Assembly: GCA_030390025.1 (NCBI GenBank)
Contig: CM059432.1
Span: forward strand, 146,570,001-146,634,000
Reading direction: 5' to 3'
Source: Squalus acanthias
Taxonomy: Eukaryota
DNA: 64,000 nt
Shown: positions 11,543 through 23,984 of the stretch, piece after piece
Numbering within the stretch: the first letter of the stretch is position 1
Layout: every line of letters starts with the position of its first letter
The notes under the pieces: generated by a model
Told to the model about the DNA's origin: nothing
Seen by the model: only the letters and a program-made list of their open reading frames with translations
The model's database searches: none
Position numbers and translations under genes: made by a program

Positions 11543-12434
11543 GGGGGAGAAATTGGGTATCGCCCCATTTGGGGCGCAATTATCGGCCGGGCTCAAAGTT
11601 TAGCGCCTGGCGCTAATTATCGCCTCCGACTGCAAACTTGGCTTCTATCGCCCCTGGAGGTGATTGGAGCGCTAAATCAGGTGCTACACACCTCTCTTAA
11701 GGCGCTAATGCCGAGGAGCGAGGCGCTACCTCAGAGCGCTGGCGAAGCTCATGTGCTGTCAGTCAGCAATGGAACACACACACAATGGCGCCGGCCAGTT
11801 CTTAAAGGGGAGGGTCGATCTTGCTCTCCATCCACATCCTGCTCATTGCAGCCTTGAATCTCGGCCTGGAGAGACCTGTACATCAATTCTGCTGGAAAGA
11901 ACAATGGAGAGGCCCAGGGAAAGAGCTCAGAGTGCAGCCCCCACAGTCTCTTCTAAATCGATGCAAGGAAGGTCAAATCAAAATGAACCTGCAAAGTGCT
12001 GCTCAGTACCCAAAACTCCTTCACACAGCGTTGAATCTCTCCCGTAGTCTCTCTGTCTCTTTCAGAATGCGTAGTGCAAAAATGTCGCCGACAAAAAAAG
12101 GCAGGAAGCGGCCGCCTTGAAATAGCACTCCCCTATTCCCTTCCCGACTGCAAAACGTTCCCCTCTACCTGTCGTTGCTAGCGGCAGGCGGAAAAGCAGG
12201 GGGCGCCACTCAGTATCCAGCCCGGGGCGCTACCGGGGCGTTGCACGCTCGACTGACGTCACGATCTGCGGGCGCAGGAGATCGTGGTGGTAGTGTTTAG
12301 CGCCGCTGCAAAATGTCTGGTCAATTTCGCGAGCGGCGCAAACATCGTCGCGCCCGGGCGCTAGTTGCTTTGCGCCCCATTAGCGCCCTCTTAGGGTGCA
12401 AACGGGAGGCGCTAAGCAACCGAATTTTTCCCCC
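11543..12434 (-). mobile_element. MITE family A, copy 2 (opposite orientation)
   Basis: TIRs GGGGGAGAAATT / AATTTTTCCCCC; near reverse complement of 21376-22254. Confidence 0.88.
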
Positions 12435-12519
12435 AATGTGTTATACGATCAAGTATATTCATGTCCTGTGAGAGTGATGTAGCAATATTAATGTAGCGGG
12501 TCCTCGGGGAGCACTTATC

Positions 12520-13480
12520 ATACCTGAGCTTCACCATGGAGCAATGTAAGAGGCTCCTTCGCTTCACCAAGGAGGCTGTCACTGAGCTATGTCACTTGCT
12601 GCAGCCACAACTCAAGTCTTGAACCAGGGCATGGACAGCACTGCCTGTGGCTGACAAGGTCATCGCGGCTCTCAGGTTTTATGCCATGGAATCGTTCCAG
12701 GTTGCAGCAGGTGACGTCAGCGACATCTCCCAGTTTGCTGTTCACTGTTGTATCAGGGAGGTGACCGAGACTCGCTGAGCCAGGAGAAGCAGCTACATCA
12801 CATTCCCCAAGGGCAGAGCAAAGCAGGATGAGAGAGCACCGGGCTTTGCTCACATTGCAGGCTTCTCATAGACTGAACTCACATTGCCTTGTGTGCTCCC
12901 TATCACCGGCAAAAGAAAGGGATTACACTCCCTCAGTGTCGAGCTTGTTTGCGACCACAGGAAATGTATCATGTAGGGCTATGACCAGTATCCTGGTAGC
13001 AGTCATGATTCATTCACCCTGCGCCAGTCCTCTGTGCTGCCTTTACTCCAACCAGGCCGTCATGTCACAGGCTGGCTAGAGGGCACCAAGGGCTATCCTC
13101 TTCAGACATAGCTCATAATTCCTTTCAGGAACTCGGGCACAGCTGCAGAACTGGTGTACAATAAGAGCCATGTCGCCACCAAAAACGACATCGAGCAGAC
13201 CGTTGGCATGCTCAAACAACGTTCCCGCTGCCTGGACCGTTTGGAACGAGCTCTGCACTACAGCCATGACCATGTATTCAGACTTGTACTTGTCTACTGC
13301 ATCCTGCATAACTTTTCAAAATGAGGGGTCAGCAAGAAGTGCAGCAGGGGGAGGAGAAGGAGCAGGAGGAGGAACAGGAGGGGGGGAGAGCAGCACGAAG
13401 AGGAGGAAGAGCAGGAACAACATTGACCACCAGTGCTCATAGCTGCCAGAACTCTTAGAGAGTAGTTCATCTAAGATCAT
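12520..13480 (+). pseudogene. HARBI1-like Harbinger transposase, decayed
   Basis: Frame-shifted motifs RRLLRFTKE.V.ELC.LL, FYA..SFQ.AAGD.SDISQ, ARYPGS.HD-like, GYPL, IEQTVGMLKQRSRCLD, LHNF and an acidic tail. Confidence 0.85.
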
Positions 13481-13779
13481 GAACCATCCCTCCCATACCC
13501 AACACACCAACAATCCTACAATCCTTCCCACCACCATTCTTACTACCACCATCTGATTTCCTCCCTTCAGCCCAGACTTATGGGTCTTGCCATCACTTCA
13601 CTACAAATATAAACATCAACACCAAATCCAGAACAAAAACAAATTTATCAAACAACTCAATTACATCTATATCTGTAACAGAAATAATTATGAATCACCC
13701 TTGTACAAGCCATTATTGCCTGCCCTGTGTGCTCGTTTACCTAGCCTAGTGCCCCTTCGAAGTATATCTCCAGTGGCAA

Positions 13780-16472
13780 CAGCTTGGCAGGTGGAAGACT
13801 ACTGATCTTCCAAGCGGACACTTCAGATGGACATGGTGGATGACCTCAAGCAGCTGTGTGCCTTGAGGGCAATCTGGAGCATTTCGGCATTGGCCAGAGC
13901 AGTCTGGCCTAGCTGGCTTTGTAGCACTAACAAGAGCATGGTGGAGTGGGTGCTGGGGAAACAGGCACACTGCATTCCTGAGAGAGAACGGCCGGTGCCT
14001 CGCCGATGGAGCCAAGGCCACTCTTCTGGGACTGCCCCATCTACGGCTCTGCTGAGGACAGAGTGCAGGAGTGATGTGATGCTCTGGCAGCCCCTGTCAA
14101 CGCTGGCGCAAGAGCCAAGATGTCAGCCGTCTGAGCTCCCATGGCGGTAGTGTGAGCTGCCGTGGAAGCCGTCTGATCTGTCAGCAGAGGCTCCAGCCTG
14201 GTGGGCACCACTGTCGTGTTCATGGAGCTGTCCATTCACTCCATGTTGGACAGAATGGTCTCCATGCTCTGCGCAAAGCGCCAACATAAGTTGGAACTGG
14301 ACTCATCCATGCTCTGAGCCTTTGCACCCAAGCTAAGTGGCAGGCTGTCCAGTGCACCTAGCCTTTCCCATTGGATGCCCATCAGCCTTCTTCGATAGAC
14401 TGGGTCCTCAAAGTTTGCATCTGAAACCTCTGCAGCAGAGCTAGTGTGTGATCTCATCCTCTGGCAAGCTGGCAACTGTGGCGTCCCATCCTCTTTTCCT
14501 AGCTCCTACACCTCAGCCCAGTGATTCACCATGTGGGATGCCCTTCATGGCCAATATATCCTTCCAGGGGTGCGTTGCCCGGAACTAAACGCAATACTCC
14601 AGATGCAGTCTAATCAGGGTTCTGTACAACTGTAGCATAACTTCCACCCCTTTGTATTGCAGCCCCCTCGAGATGAAGGCTAACATTCCATTATCCTTTT
14701 AAACTATGGCCCAGAAATTCAGCTCCCTGGCTTCCCGCGGGTGCAAGGATCCCACGCGCACCTACCTACCGCGCCTGCCGTTGACCTCTGGGCCCACGGG
14801 GACTTCAGCTCCTGGGCCTCCTGCAGCTGCCGGCGCGCAGTGCTTGCTTATCCCAGGGGCGTAGTTAGTGCGATGCGTCCCCTGGGATCACGTGGGCCAT
14901 GGAGAGCCAATGGCAGCAGACCATCTTTCATTCATAGATTTGACAGGAAGACCTGTCAAATCTATGAATTGAAATCGGCCCCAAAACAACACCTAAACTT
15001 CAAATAAATTTTTTAAAAAATCACATTTTTAAAATAACTATAAGTTAAATAAATTAACTACTTTAAACAAAAATTTAAATTTTTGAAAAAATTAAAATAC
15101 TTTTTAACAGTGCTAAAAATAAACTTACCTTTCTTTAAAGTATCTAAAAAAGATAAACCTGTTGAAAATTTTTTTAAATTGTAATTAATTAACCACTTAC
15201 CTTGTTAAAAACGGGTCCTGCGCCTCCTTTTTAAAAGCGCAGCTTCTTCAATACTTACCCTCCCGGAGAAACCTGAAAAAAAATCTAAGTGTGCTGCGTG
15301 CGCGCAGCCTCTCCCGCGCACGCGGTTCACCTAGGAACCGCCCCCTTCACCAGACCGGAAGTTCCGGTTTCCCGCGCATGCGCAGTGCATGCAGGAAACC
15401 GGCACTTCAGGAGGCCTTACGGGTGAGTACACAGCGCGTACTCACCCGGCAAGTGCCGAATTATTGGCCCAATATGTTGTTCCTGTTCACTAGTTTGTAG
15501 TGATTTCTGTGCATGAATCTCTGAATGTCTCTGCTCCTCCACAGTCCCTGGCTTCTCGCCATTTAGTACATATTGTGAGCTGGTTCTTGCTAGGGTCAGA
15601 TCGAGTGATGCTGCATCTTCAGGATTACTGGCCTCCTCTTCCTGAAGTGGCAGAGGAGTGTCCACACATTTTCAACACCTGAAATAGTGTGAAGGGAGAG
15701 CAGGGAGAGATGGGTGGTTGCTAAAAACATCTGCAGTTTGCCATGCAGGGTGTGTAGGGCAAGATAGAAGTAAGAAGGGAAAAAGAGGCTGTGATGTGAA
15801 GAAACCCCTCGGGCGACATCTCCAGCATTGCCACTCGCCACGGACGTGACTCTTTCTGTCTCTGTGATGGCCAGCATGCTTTCTTCCACAGGGCACAGGA
15901 TGAGCAGGTGGGCTCGGCCTCCCCCGGCCACGGCTCTCTGTCGGAATTTGTGCGCAACCTTCTCCTACAAGAAAAAAGTGAGAGTGTTAGTGACATCCTT
16001 GTGACGTGATTAGAGAATGAGCCTTCATGATCTCATAGTTCGTATGCAGTGTGTAAGATGTGAGGTGTGGGAAAGTGAGGGTTACAATAGTGGTGAGAAT
16101 AGGAAGTCCAGAGTGTATAAGTAGGAGGAGAGGAAGTGGAGAATTAAGGGGAGTTGGGGTTGGCAGTATTGTGAGTAGTGAGTCTTCAGGTGGTGGAGGT
16201 GTGAGCAGAGAGTAAGATAGCAGGATTCTTACCTTGAAAACTCTGGTGAGGTCATTAAACTTTTTTCTACATTACTGCCATGTTCTAGGAGCTAAGCTTC
16301 TGGCATTAACTTCCTCAGTGACCTCTTCCCTCTGCCAGTGGAGGTGTTGACTGGAGGCTTTCTGCCCCCTTCGGGGTACAGGAGCTCCCCACCCTGTCCC
16401 CCGCCTTGACCAGGGCCTCCAAAGCTGCATTAGAGGACCTGGGAGTCCTCTCTGGGCCACTTGCAGCCATGT
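13780..16472 (-). pseudogene. Harbinger Myb/SANT-like gene, multi-exon, decayed, convergent with the 12520-13480 transposase
   Basis: Exon 1 ~16472-16233 (PRSS.AALEALV...EEVNARSLAPRTWQ.CRKKFNDL, donor AAG|GTAAG); exon 2 from 15964 (TTGTAG|EKVAHKFRQRAVAGGG); downstream part interrupted by CR1 scraps and a MITE. Confidence 0.8.
14708..15470 (+). mobile_element. MITE family C, copy 1
   Basis: TIR-like GGCCCAGAAATTC / GAATTATTGGCCC; AT-rich core; homologous to 36971-37732; sits within CR1 scraps (~14545-14707, ~15500-15570). Confidence 0.8.
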
Positions 16473-16979
16473 TTCCACTTGTGATGTTTTGCTGCTGTCT
16501 GCAGCCAGAGTGCACCTCCCCTTGAAGAGATGCTGGCTGCCCTGAGGAGGTGACAGTCAAGCCCGATTTCCTGCCCACCCACCCCCATGCAGGTGTTCAA
16601 CCCAATGAGTAGCGTGTGTAGCGCTGGCTGCATGCCTGACACATGATAATGAGCTGGCAACACCAATTCCATGTGGTCCCTGTGGCCATGTGAACAGGCG
16701 AGTGTAGCGTGCGCCCTGTCCCCTGCTCGCCCATTTTCAGGTGCGATCGAACTTCTAGGCAATTATTTCTTGCCTGGAGTGAGTAACATCTGTTTTCATC
16801 TGTGTGTTTCAATGAGGTATTGCTTCGTAATTTTCATGAAATGGTTGAACTAGAATACTATTATTTCATTTTAATTTGCATAGCACGATAAAATTAATGA
16901 GTAGTTAACAGTTGTACGTTCAATACTGCTCCCTTTTAGTGACCTTTTGAGAAAATCAGATACAGAATCCACATCAGTT

Positions 16980-17660
16980 AAAGCTGGTGGACAGGTACAA
17001 AGTGCAATCAAAAAGACAAATGGAATGTTAGCTCATGGAATGTTATCTCAAGGAGACTGGAATAAAAAGGAAGAGAAAGTTACGCTTCAGTTGTATCGAG
17101 TCTTGGTCAGATCCCACCTGGAGTACTGCATTCAGTTTTGGGGACCACACCTCAGGAAGGATAAATTGGCCTTGGAGGGGGAGCAGCGCAGCTTCACCAG
17201 AATGATACCGGGGCTTAGAGGGTTAAATTATGAAGACAGGTTGCATAGACTAGGCTTGTATTCCCTTGACTATAGAAGATTGAGGGGTGATCTAATCAAG
17301 GAGTTTAAAATGTTAAAAGGATTTGATAGTGCAGTTACAGAGAAACTATTTACTCTGATGCGGGATCCGAGAACAAGGCGACATAATCTGAAAATTAAAG
17401 CTAGGCCATTTACAAGGGAATTCAGGAAACACTTTTTCACACAAAGGGTTGTAGAAATCTGGATTTCTCTTCCCCAAAAGGCTGTGTGTGCTGCATCAAT
17501 TGAGATTTTCAAGATTGGGATCAATAGATTTTGTTAGGTAAGCGTATCAAGGGGTATAGAGCGAAGGGGAGTAAATGGAGTTGAAGTACAGATCAGCCAT
17601 GATCTAATTGAATGGCTCGAGGGTCTGAATGGCCTACCCTGATCCTACCTTCTTATGCTT
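16980..17660 (+). mobile_element. CR1 3' fragment
   Basis: ORF 16947-17537 ([32 protein letters not shown]) plus 3' UTR. Confidence 0.92.
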
Positions 17661-19519
17661 ACTGAACAATTCCTGCAAAAAGTAACTATGGCCACAGTGA
17701 GTCACCACAGTGTATTGACCACAGCAAGTGGTCATCCCTCGTTGCAATGACAGATCTCTCTGGAGCTCTGGACTACTTCATTAAATGTAAACCAATAGTT
17801 CAAAATTTAAACCCCAAACCATAAAATTATGTTTTTTAGTAATCAAATCCAACTGTCGTACCCAACAAAGCAAAAGCGTTATACATCGACCAAGAAGTAG
17901 ACTCCTTCCTCCCGTTCACCACTGCTGTGGGAAGATGTCCTTCATCCATTTTGCATACATAATTTATAAATATTTACGATTTCACTACACATCGTGCATA
18001 GAGGAAATCTTCCCCCACTATTAGCCACAGTTCCCTGAAGTCTTACATCACTGCTCCTAACAGCACCTATCACAGGTCCAACATTGAGGCTGCTAGGTAT
18101 TGCTTCCTTTTGCCCATAATCTTCACCCCTCAACCTCCATCAGTATTTTACCCCCTTTCACACCCCCAGCTTTGGCTTCTTATTCCAGATATACATCATT
18201 GCCAGCTTCCTGATATGGGTTTTGGCCAATGATAGATATCCCCAATAATAACCTTTTCTCTCTTCTTTTCATACCACTGACCACAGATGTGTGGACTGCC
18301 TGAAACCCTGTAGAGTCCCTCAGCTAGCTTCCACTAACATCTGCGTTCAAGCCAATTCCACGTTTCATGGTGATTGTATAAGGCGTCATCAATAAAATTA
18401 CATTTTATTTATTAACAATTTTCCTTGCGTTAACTTGTCACCATATGGCTGGTATTCCACAGGGGTTCCAGCAGATCTGCCATAACTCCAACGGAATCCG
18501 CAGGCAAAAGGCAGAGACCCAGTTGTGCTGGATTTGCACTGTTTCCCGAGGGTTCCTCTTTGCCTTCTAAGTGATGGAACATGCGTCCACAACTTAAAAG
18601 GCAATAAAAGCCAGGAGCAAGGTCCGGGCATGGGACTGCCAAAGCCAGGAGTTTTCACTCCTCAGGCTCACTCGGGACCGAGCAGGTACGAGCTGGTACA
18701 GCGAGTAAATGGAGGCCCTCACGTGGTATACGCGGGTCCCACTGGCGAAGTCCAGACCACGGAAGTGACCTAAACCGCAATGAATTAAACATTTTGCCAG
18801 ATCTGCCCCTTTGCTCGGGGCTCTGATAGGACCATTGACTGGGTTGAGGGGGGCTGGCTGGGGAAATCCCCGCCCCCACAGGTGTGCAGGCACTGGACAG
18901 GTGGATGCTGCACCCATCTGGCACATGTAAAGGAGGTGCCCTGCTGCGGACCCTGACAATGTTGGTGGGGTCAGCACTGGGGGGTACCGTTGGGCGCAAT
19001 CCTGGCGTAACTGCTGGGATTGGGTTCTGAGGAATTTTGGGGCCCAAGTGTTTATTTCGCAAAGGAACAAATGAATTTATGCTGTGTGTGTTTATCTAAA
19101 CAGATCTAACTAATGAGGCATGACTGCACTGTTGTTTCAATCTTTTAATATTGATAGGCACGCGCGTGGTGTGGCAGCTGCATTGTTTGCCATTCATTAG
19201 AAAAGATGATAAATGTGAGGGACCTGCAGCAGTTTGCATATTAATGCCTCACTTGTCCCTTAATTTATGTACAGACTTATGCAAATATATGGATTTAAAT
19301 GGTGAGATGCTAACAAAACTTGATCACCAAATAATGAAAGTAAATATGATGAACAATTAAAGGCAGTTACAGTTGCATCGGACATGCTGAAGCGATTCTG
19401 CGTTCCGCAACTCCCTTTAATATCAATGGATGGACAATCATGGGCCGTTTCCAGAGATGCTCTCCCTGCTCGCCACTGGGAGCATCGAATCATGGAATCG
19501 CCTTAGGATGTTTTCCTTT

Positions 19520-20215
19520 AAGAATATAAGCAATAGGAGCAGGAATAGGCCACCTGGCCCCTCGAGCCTGCTCCGCCATTCAATAAAATCATGGCTGATC
19601 TTGGGCTCAAAGCCACTTCCCTGCCCGCTCCCCATAACATAGAAACATAGAAACATAGAAACATAGAAACATAGAAGATAGGAGCAGGAGTCGGCCATTC
19701 GGCCCCTCGAGCCTGCTCCGCCATTCGATGAGATCATGGCTGATCATCCAAACTCAGTACCCTGTACCTGCCTTCTCCCCATATCCCTTGATACCTTTAT
19801 CTTTAAGAAATATATCTAACTCATTCTTGAATATATTTAATGACTTGGCCTCAACTGCCTTCTGTGGTAGAGAATTCCACAGGTTCACCACTCTCTGGGT
19901 GAAGAAATTCTTCCTCATTTCTGTCCTAAATGGCTTACCCCTTATCCTTAGATTATGACCCCTGGTTCTGGACTCTCCGACCATCAGGAACATTCTTCCT
20001 GCATCTAGTTTGTCCAGACCTGTCAGAATTTTATATGTTTCGATGAGATCCCCTCTCATTCTTCTAAACTCCAGCGAGTATAAGCCCAATCGACCCAATC
20101 TCTCCTCATATGTCATTCCTGCCATCCCAGGTATCACCCTTCACTCCCTTATCTTGCAAAAATCTGTCCATCTCCACCTTAAATATATTTAATGACCCAG
20201 CCTCCACAGCACTTT
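19520..20215 (-). mobile_element. Young CR1 3' end (~19636-20133) nested in an older CR1 3' end
   Basis: ORF 19754-20137; (CATAGAAA)n tail; nearly identical to 45985-46465; older element halves at 19520-19635 and 20134-20215. Confidence 0.92.
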
Positions 20216-20499
20216 GTTAAAGATTACGGCCTAGAAATTCGACTGCGACATGAAAGTTGCCGGTGCTGGCGAACACGACTTTCTCCCCCCGCCCCCCGTA
20301 TCTTTTTGTTTTTGAACTTTTTCTGTTGCTCATCATTGACGTTTGTAAATTTTCTGCCCAGTTGTCACTTAAAAGCATTGTTGTCACGCATTCTACAGGA
20401 GCACCGTCTAATTATGTAGCTGTCACCCAGAGAATTTGTTACCAGGAGCTGGAACTTTCCATCTAGTTTAAGGATCCTTTGCTACCTGGTTGTCAGGTG

Positions 20500-21045
20500 A
20501 TGTGGAGATCCTGCAAATCCATCGGCAGGATAGGCGCACCAACGTCAGTGTTCTCACTCAGGCCAACATCCCCAGCATCGAAGCTTTGACCACGCTCGAT
20601 CAGCTCCGATGGACGGGCCACATCGTCCGCATGCCCGATACGAGACTCCCAAAACAAGCGCTCTACTTGGAGTTGCAACACAGCAAGAGAGCCCCAGGTG
20701 GGCAGAGGAAACGCTGCAAGGACACCCTCAAAGCCTCCTTGAAAAAGTGCAACATCCCTGGGAATCCCTGGCCCAAGACCGCACAAAGTGGAGGAGAAGC
20801 ATCCGGGAAGGCGCCAAACACCTCGACTTTCTTCGCCGGGAGCAAGCGGAAGCCAAGCGCAAACAGCGGAAGGAGCGCACGTCAACCCAAGCACCCCACC
20901 CACCCGCCCCCTTCAACCACCGTCTGCCCCACCTGTGACAGAGACTGTAGGTTCCGCATTGGACTCATCAGTCACCTGAGAACTCATTTTTAGTGTGGAA
21001 GCAAGTCATCCTCGGTTCCGAGGGACTGCCTAAGAAGAGAAGAAG
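20500..21045 (+). mobile_element. RTE-clade LINE 3' fragment
   Basis: QLRWTGHIVRMPDTRLPKQ, GGQRKR.KDTLK, WE.LAQDR..WR and C-terminal CPTC...HLRTH zinc finger; AAG-rich tail. Confidence 0.88.
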
Positions 21046-21228
21046 ATTTGGTGGAGTTGAAATCTTTCATGATTATTATTCTGTGTCTTTTACTCATTTT
21101 ATAGATTTGCCGACATATTTCTCCCTGGGTATTGCAGCTCCACAGTTACAGGGTGAGAATTAGAACTCCCATGATGCACTGTCATACACAGGCACGCACG
21201 CACACACGCTTCACCCATCGTATAAATA

Positions 21229-22350
21229 GGTTCCGTTGCCCAGTGGGTAAAGATGCTGGCCAGTGTAGCACTAAGTCAAGCATATCATAAGGTCCCAGGT
21301 TTGATACCCAGTCTGTGCCAAGCTCGTTGATATCATCGAGTGCCAACTGTTGGGGATGTCTAAATTGGACTCAATGGGGGAAAAATTTGGTTGCTTTGTG
21401 CCTCCCGTTTGCGCCCTAAGAGGGCGCTAATGGGGCGCAAAGCAACTAGCGCCCGGGTGTGTCGATGTTTATGCCGCTCGCGAAATTGACCAGACATTTT
21501 GCGGCGGCACTAAACACTACCGCCACAATCTCCTGCGCCCGCAGATCGTGACATCAGTCGAGCGTGCAACGCCCCGGTAACGCCCCGGACCGGATATTGA
21601 GTGGCGCCCCCTGCCTTACCGCCTGCCGCTAGCAACGACAGGTTGAGGGGAATGTTTTGCTGTCGGGAAGGGACTGGGGGAAGCGTTATTTAAAGGCGAC
21701 CGCTTCCTGCCTTTTTTTGTCGGTGACATTTTTGCACCACGCATTCTGAGAGAGAGAGAGATTCAACGCTTTGTGAAGGAGTTTTGGGTACTGAGCAGCA
21801 CTTTGCAGGTTCATTTTGATTTGACCTTCCTTGCATCGATTTAGAAGAGACTGTGGGGGCTGCACTCTGAGCTCTTTTCCTGGTCCTCTCCATTGTTCTT
21901 TCCAGCAGATTTGATGTACAGGTCTCCCCAGGCCGAGATTCAAGGCTGCAATGAGCAGGGTGTGGATGGAGAGCAAGACCGATCCTCCCCTTTAAGAACT
22001 GGCCGGCGCCAGTGTGTCTGTGTTCCATTGCTGACTGACATCACATGAGCTTTGCCAGCGCTCTGAGGTAGCGCCTCGCTCCTCGGCGTTAGTGCCTTAA
22101 GAGAGGTGTGTAGCGCCTGATTTAGCACTCCAATCACCTCCAGGGGTGATAAAAGCCAAGTTTGCAGTCGGAGGCGATAATTAGCCCCAGGCGCTAAACT
22201 TTGTGCCCGGCCGATAATTGCGCCCCAAATGAGGCGATACCGAATTTCTCCCCCAGTACCTTGAGCTAGAGAAAGATAAAATCAGTCAGGCTTCCTACTT
22301 CTGATAGCTGTCCATTTCCCTTGCTGGGAAGGGTATGTGCAACTTCTGTA
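21229..22350 (+). mobile_element. Degraded tRNA-derived SINE split by MITE A copy 3
   Basis: A-box-like TTGCCCAGTGG and B-box-like GGTTTGATACC; body similar to 38190-38450 and resumes at 22255. Confidence 0.5.
21376..22254 (+). mobile_element. MITE family A, copy 3
   Basis: TIRs GGGGGAAAAATT / AATTTCTCCCCC; flanks AAT/AGT. Confidence 0.88.
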
Positions 22351-22862
22351 ACAGAAGAAGAACAGATTTGCACAAGTATTTTTTTTTGGAGACGAGTTCT
22401 AAAACAAGTACCTCGTGCAGTCAAAAACCCCCAAATCAATTTAATTTCTCTCCAGGATTTCTGATTACCTAATTTCTCAAACGTTTTAAATGAGTTAATC
22501 AAACAGAAACATTGTGATACTGTCAGTGTGCCTCCAATCTCCAAACTGTTGAAAAAAGAACCCTCTCTGCCCCAGTCTTATTCTTTGACCCACACAGTAC
22601 AGTGAGTGAGTAGCTCCCCTCTCAGAACTATCCTAGACACTACTCCTTCACCTTACTCAGCTATGCTTAGAACTATCAGTTTTGAGATTTTCTGGTTGTT
22701 AAAGGTTGCTGCAGGAGTGGAAGGGACTGTAACATTTAGCAGCTTTGTGCTACTTTAGTGCCGAGTGCAATTTTCCAGCAAGCCCTTTTAGACTGTCCTA
22801 AAGTGGTCTCATCGAAAAGGAGCCACAGCTTAATTTAAATATTATAATGAATTTAAATAAAG

Positions 22863-23334
22863 CCTTGGACCAGTTAGGATGAGATTATCTGGGCACTCCC
22901 TTGGACCAGTTAGGATGAGATTATCTGGGCACTCCCTTGGACCAGTTAGGATGAGATTATCTGGGCACTCCCTTGGACCAGTTAGGATGAGATTATCTGG
23001 GCACTCCCTTGGACCAGTTAGGATGAGATTATCTGGGCACTCCCTTGGACCAGTTAGGATGAGATTATCTGGGCACTCCCTTGGACCAGTTAGGATGAGA
23101 TTATCTGGGCACTCCCTTGGACCAGTTAGGATGAGATTATCTGGGCACTCCCTTGGACCAGTTAGGATGAGATTATCTGGGCACTCCCTTGGACCAGTTA
23201 GGATGAGATTATCTGGGCACTCCCTTGGACCAGTTAGGATGAGATTATCTGGGCACTCCCTTGGACCAGTTAGGATGAGATTATCTGGGCACTCCCTTGG
23301 ACCAGTTAGGATGAGATTATCTGGGCACTCCCTT
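22863..23334. repeat. Perfect 36-bp tandem repeat, 13 copies
   Basis: Unit CCTTGGACCAGTTAGGATGAGATTATCTGGGCACTC, no variants seen. Confidence 0.98.
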
Positions 23335-23699
23335 TTCCCATCGGGAGTGGATCTAAGACAAGCAGTGTGGGCGATGAAGCCTTTAAAGAATCCTCGGCTT
23401 TTTAGCCTCTCAAAAGTTTTTAACAGAGCGTAATCTTTATGTAAATCCTAAACTACCCAAATATTGTCTTCTAATTCACTGGGAAGCCGATTGTAATTGG
23501 ATCCCACAGAACAGCAACTAATGAAGAATGGAGGGGACATGAAAAGAAGTTCTTACAGTGTAAACTTTCACTGGATTGCAAGGACAAGGACATCTCATTG
23601 AAGAGTCCCATGTCGGTTGGTAAGTCAAATTAAAATTAAAAGATGGAGGGGGGATGTGGAGGCACCACACATACATTGTATAACGTTTGAAGTGGTATA

Positions 23700-23945
23700 A
23701 GATCCAAGTTCCCCTCCAAGTCACACACCATCCTGACTTAGAAGTATATCGCCGATCCTCCATCGTTGCTGGGTCAAAATCCTGGAACTCCCTCCCTAAC
23801 AGCACTGTGGGAGTACCTTCACCACACGGACTGCAGCGGTTCAAGAAGGCGGCTCACCGCCACCTTCTCGAGGGCAGCTCGGGATGGGCAATAAATGCTG
23901 GCCTTGCCAGTGACGCCCACATCCCATAAACAAATTTAAAAAAAG
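23700..23945 (+). mobile_element. 3' end of second CR1-group LINE family (poly-A tailed)
   Basis: Matches 44905-45132. Confidence 0.88.
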
Positions 23946-23984
23946 ATGAAAGACAGGAGAAGAGCAGGCAGCACTTTGTCCCAT

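Noticed and set aside
19390..19505. Imperfect hairpin as miRNA or structured RNA
   Set aside because: Pairing is short and discontinuous; not distinguishable from chance or a decayed MITE.
22863..23334. CRISPR array (36-bp repeats)
   Set aside because: Units are directly adjacent with no spacers, there are no cas genes, and the context is vertebrate.
22879..23433. 184-aa repeat protein
   Set aside because: Explained by the 36-bp array; no splice or homology support.
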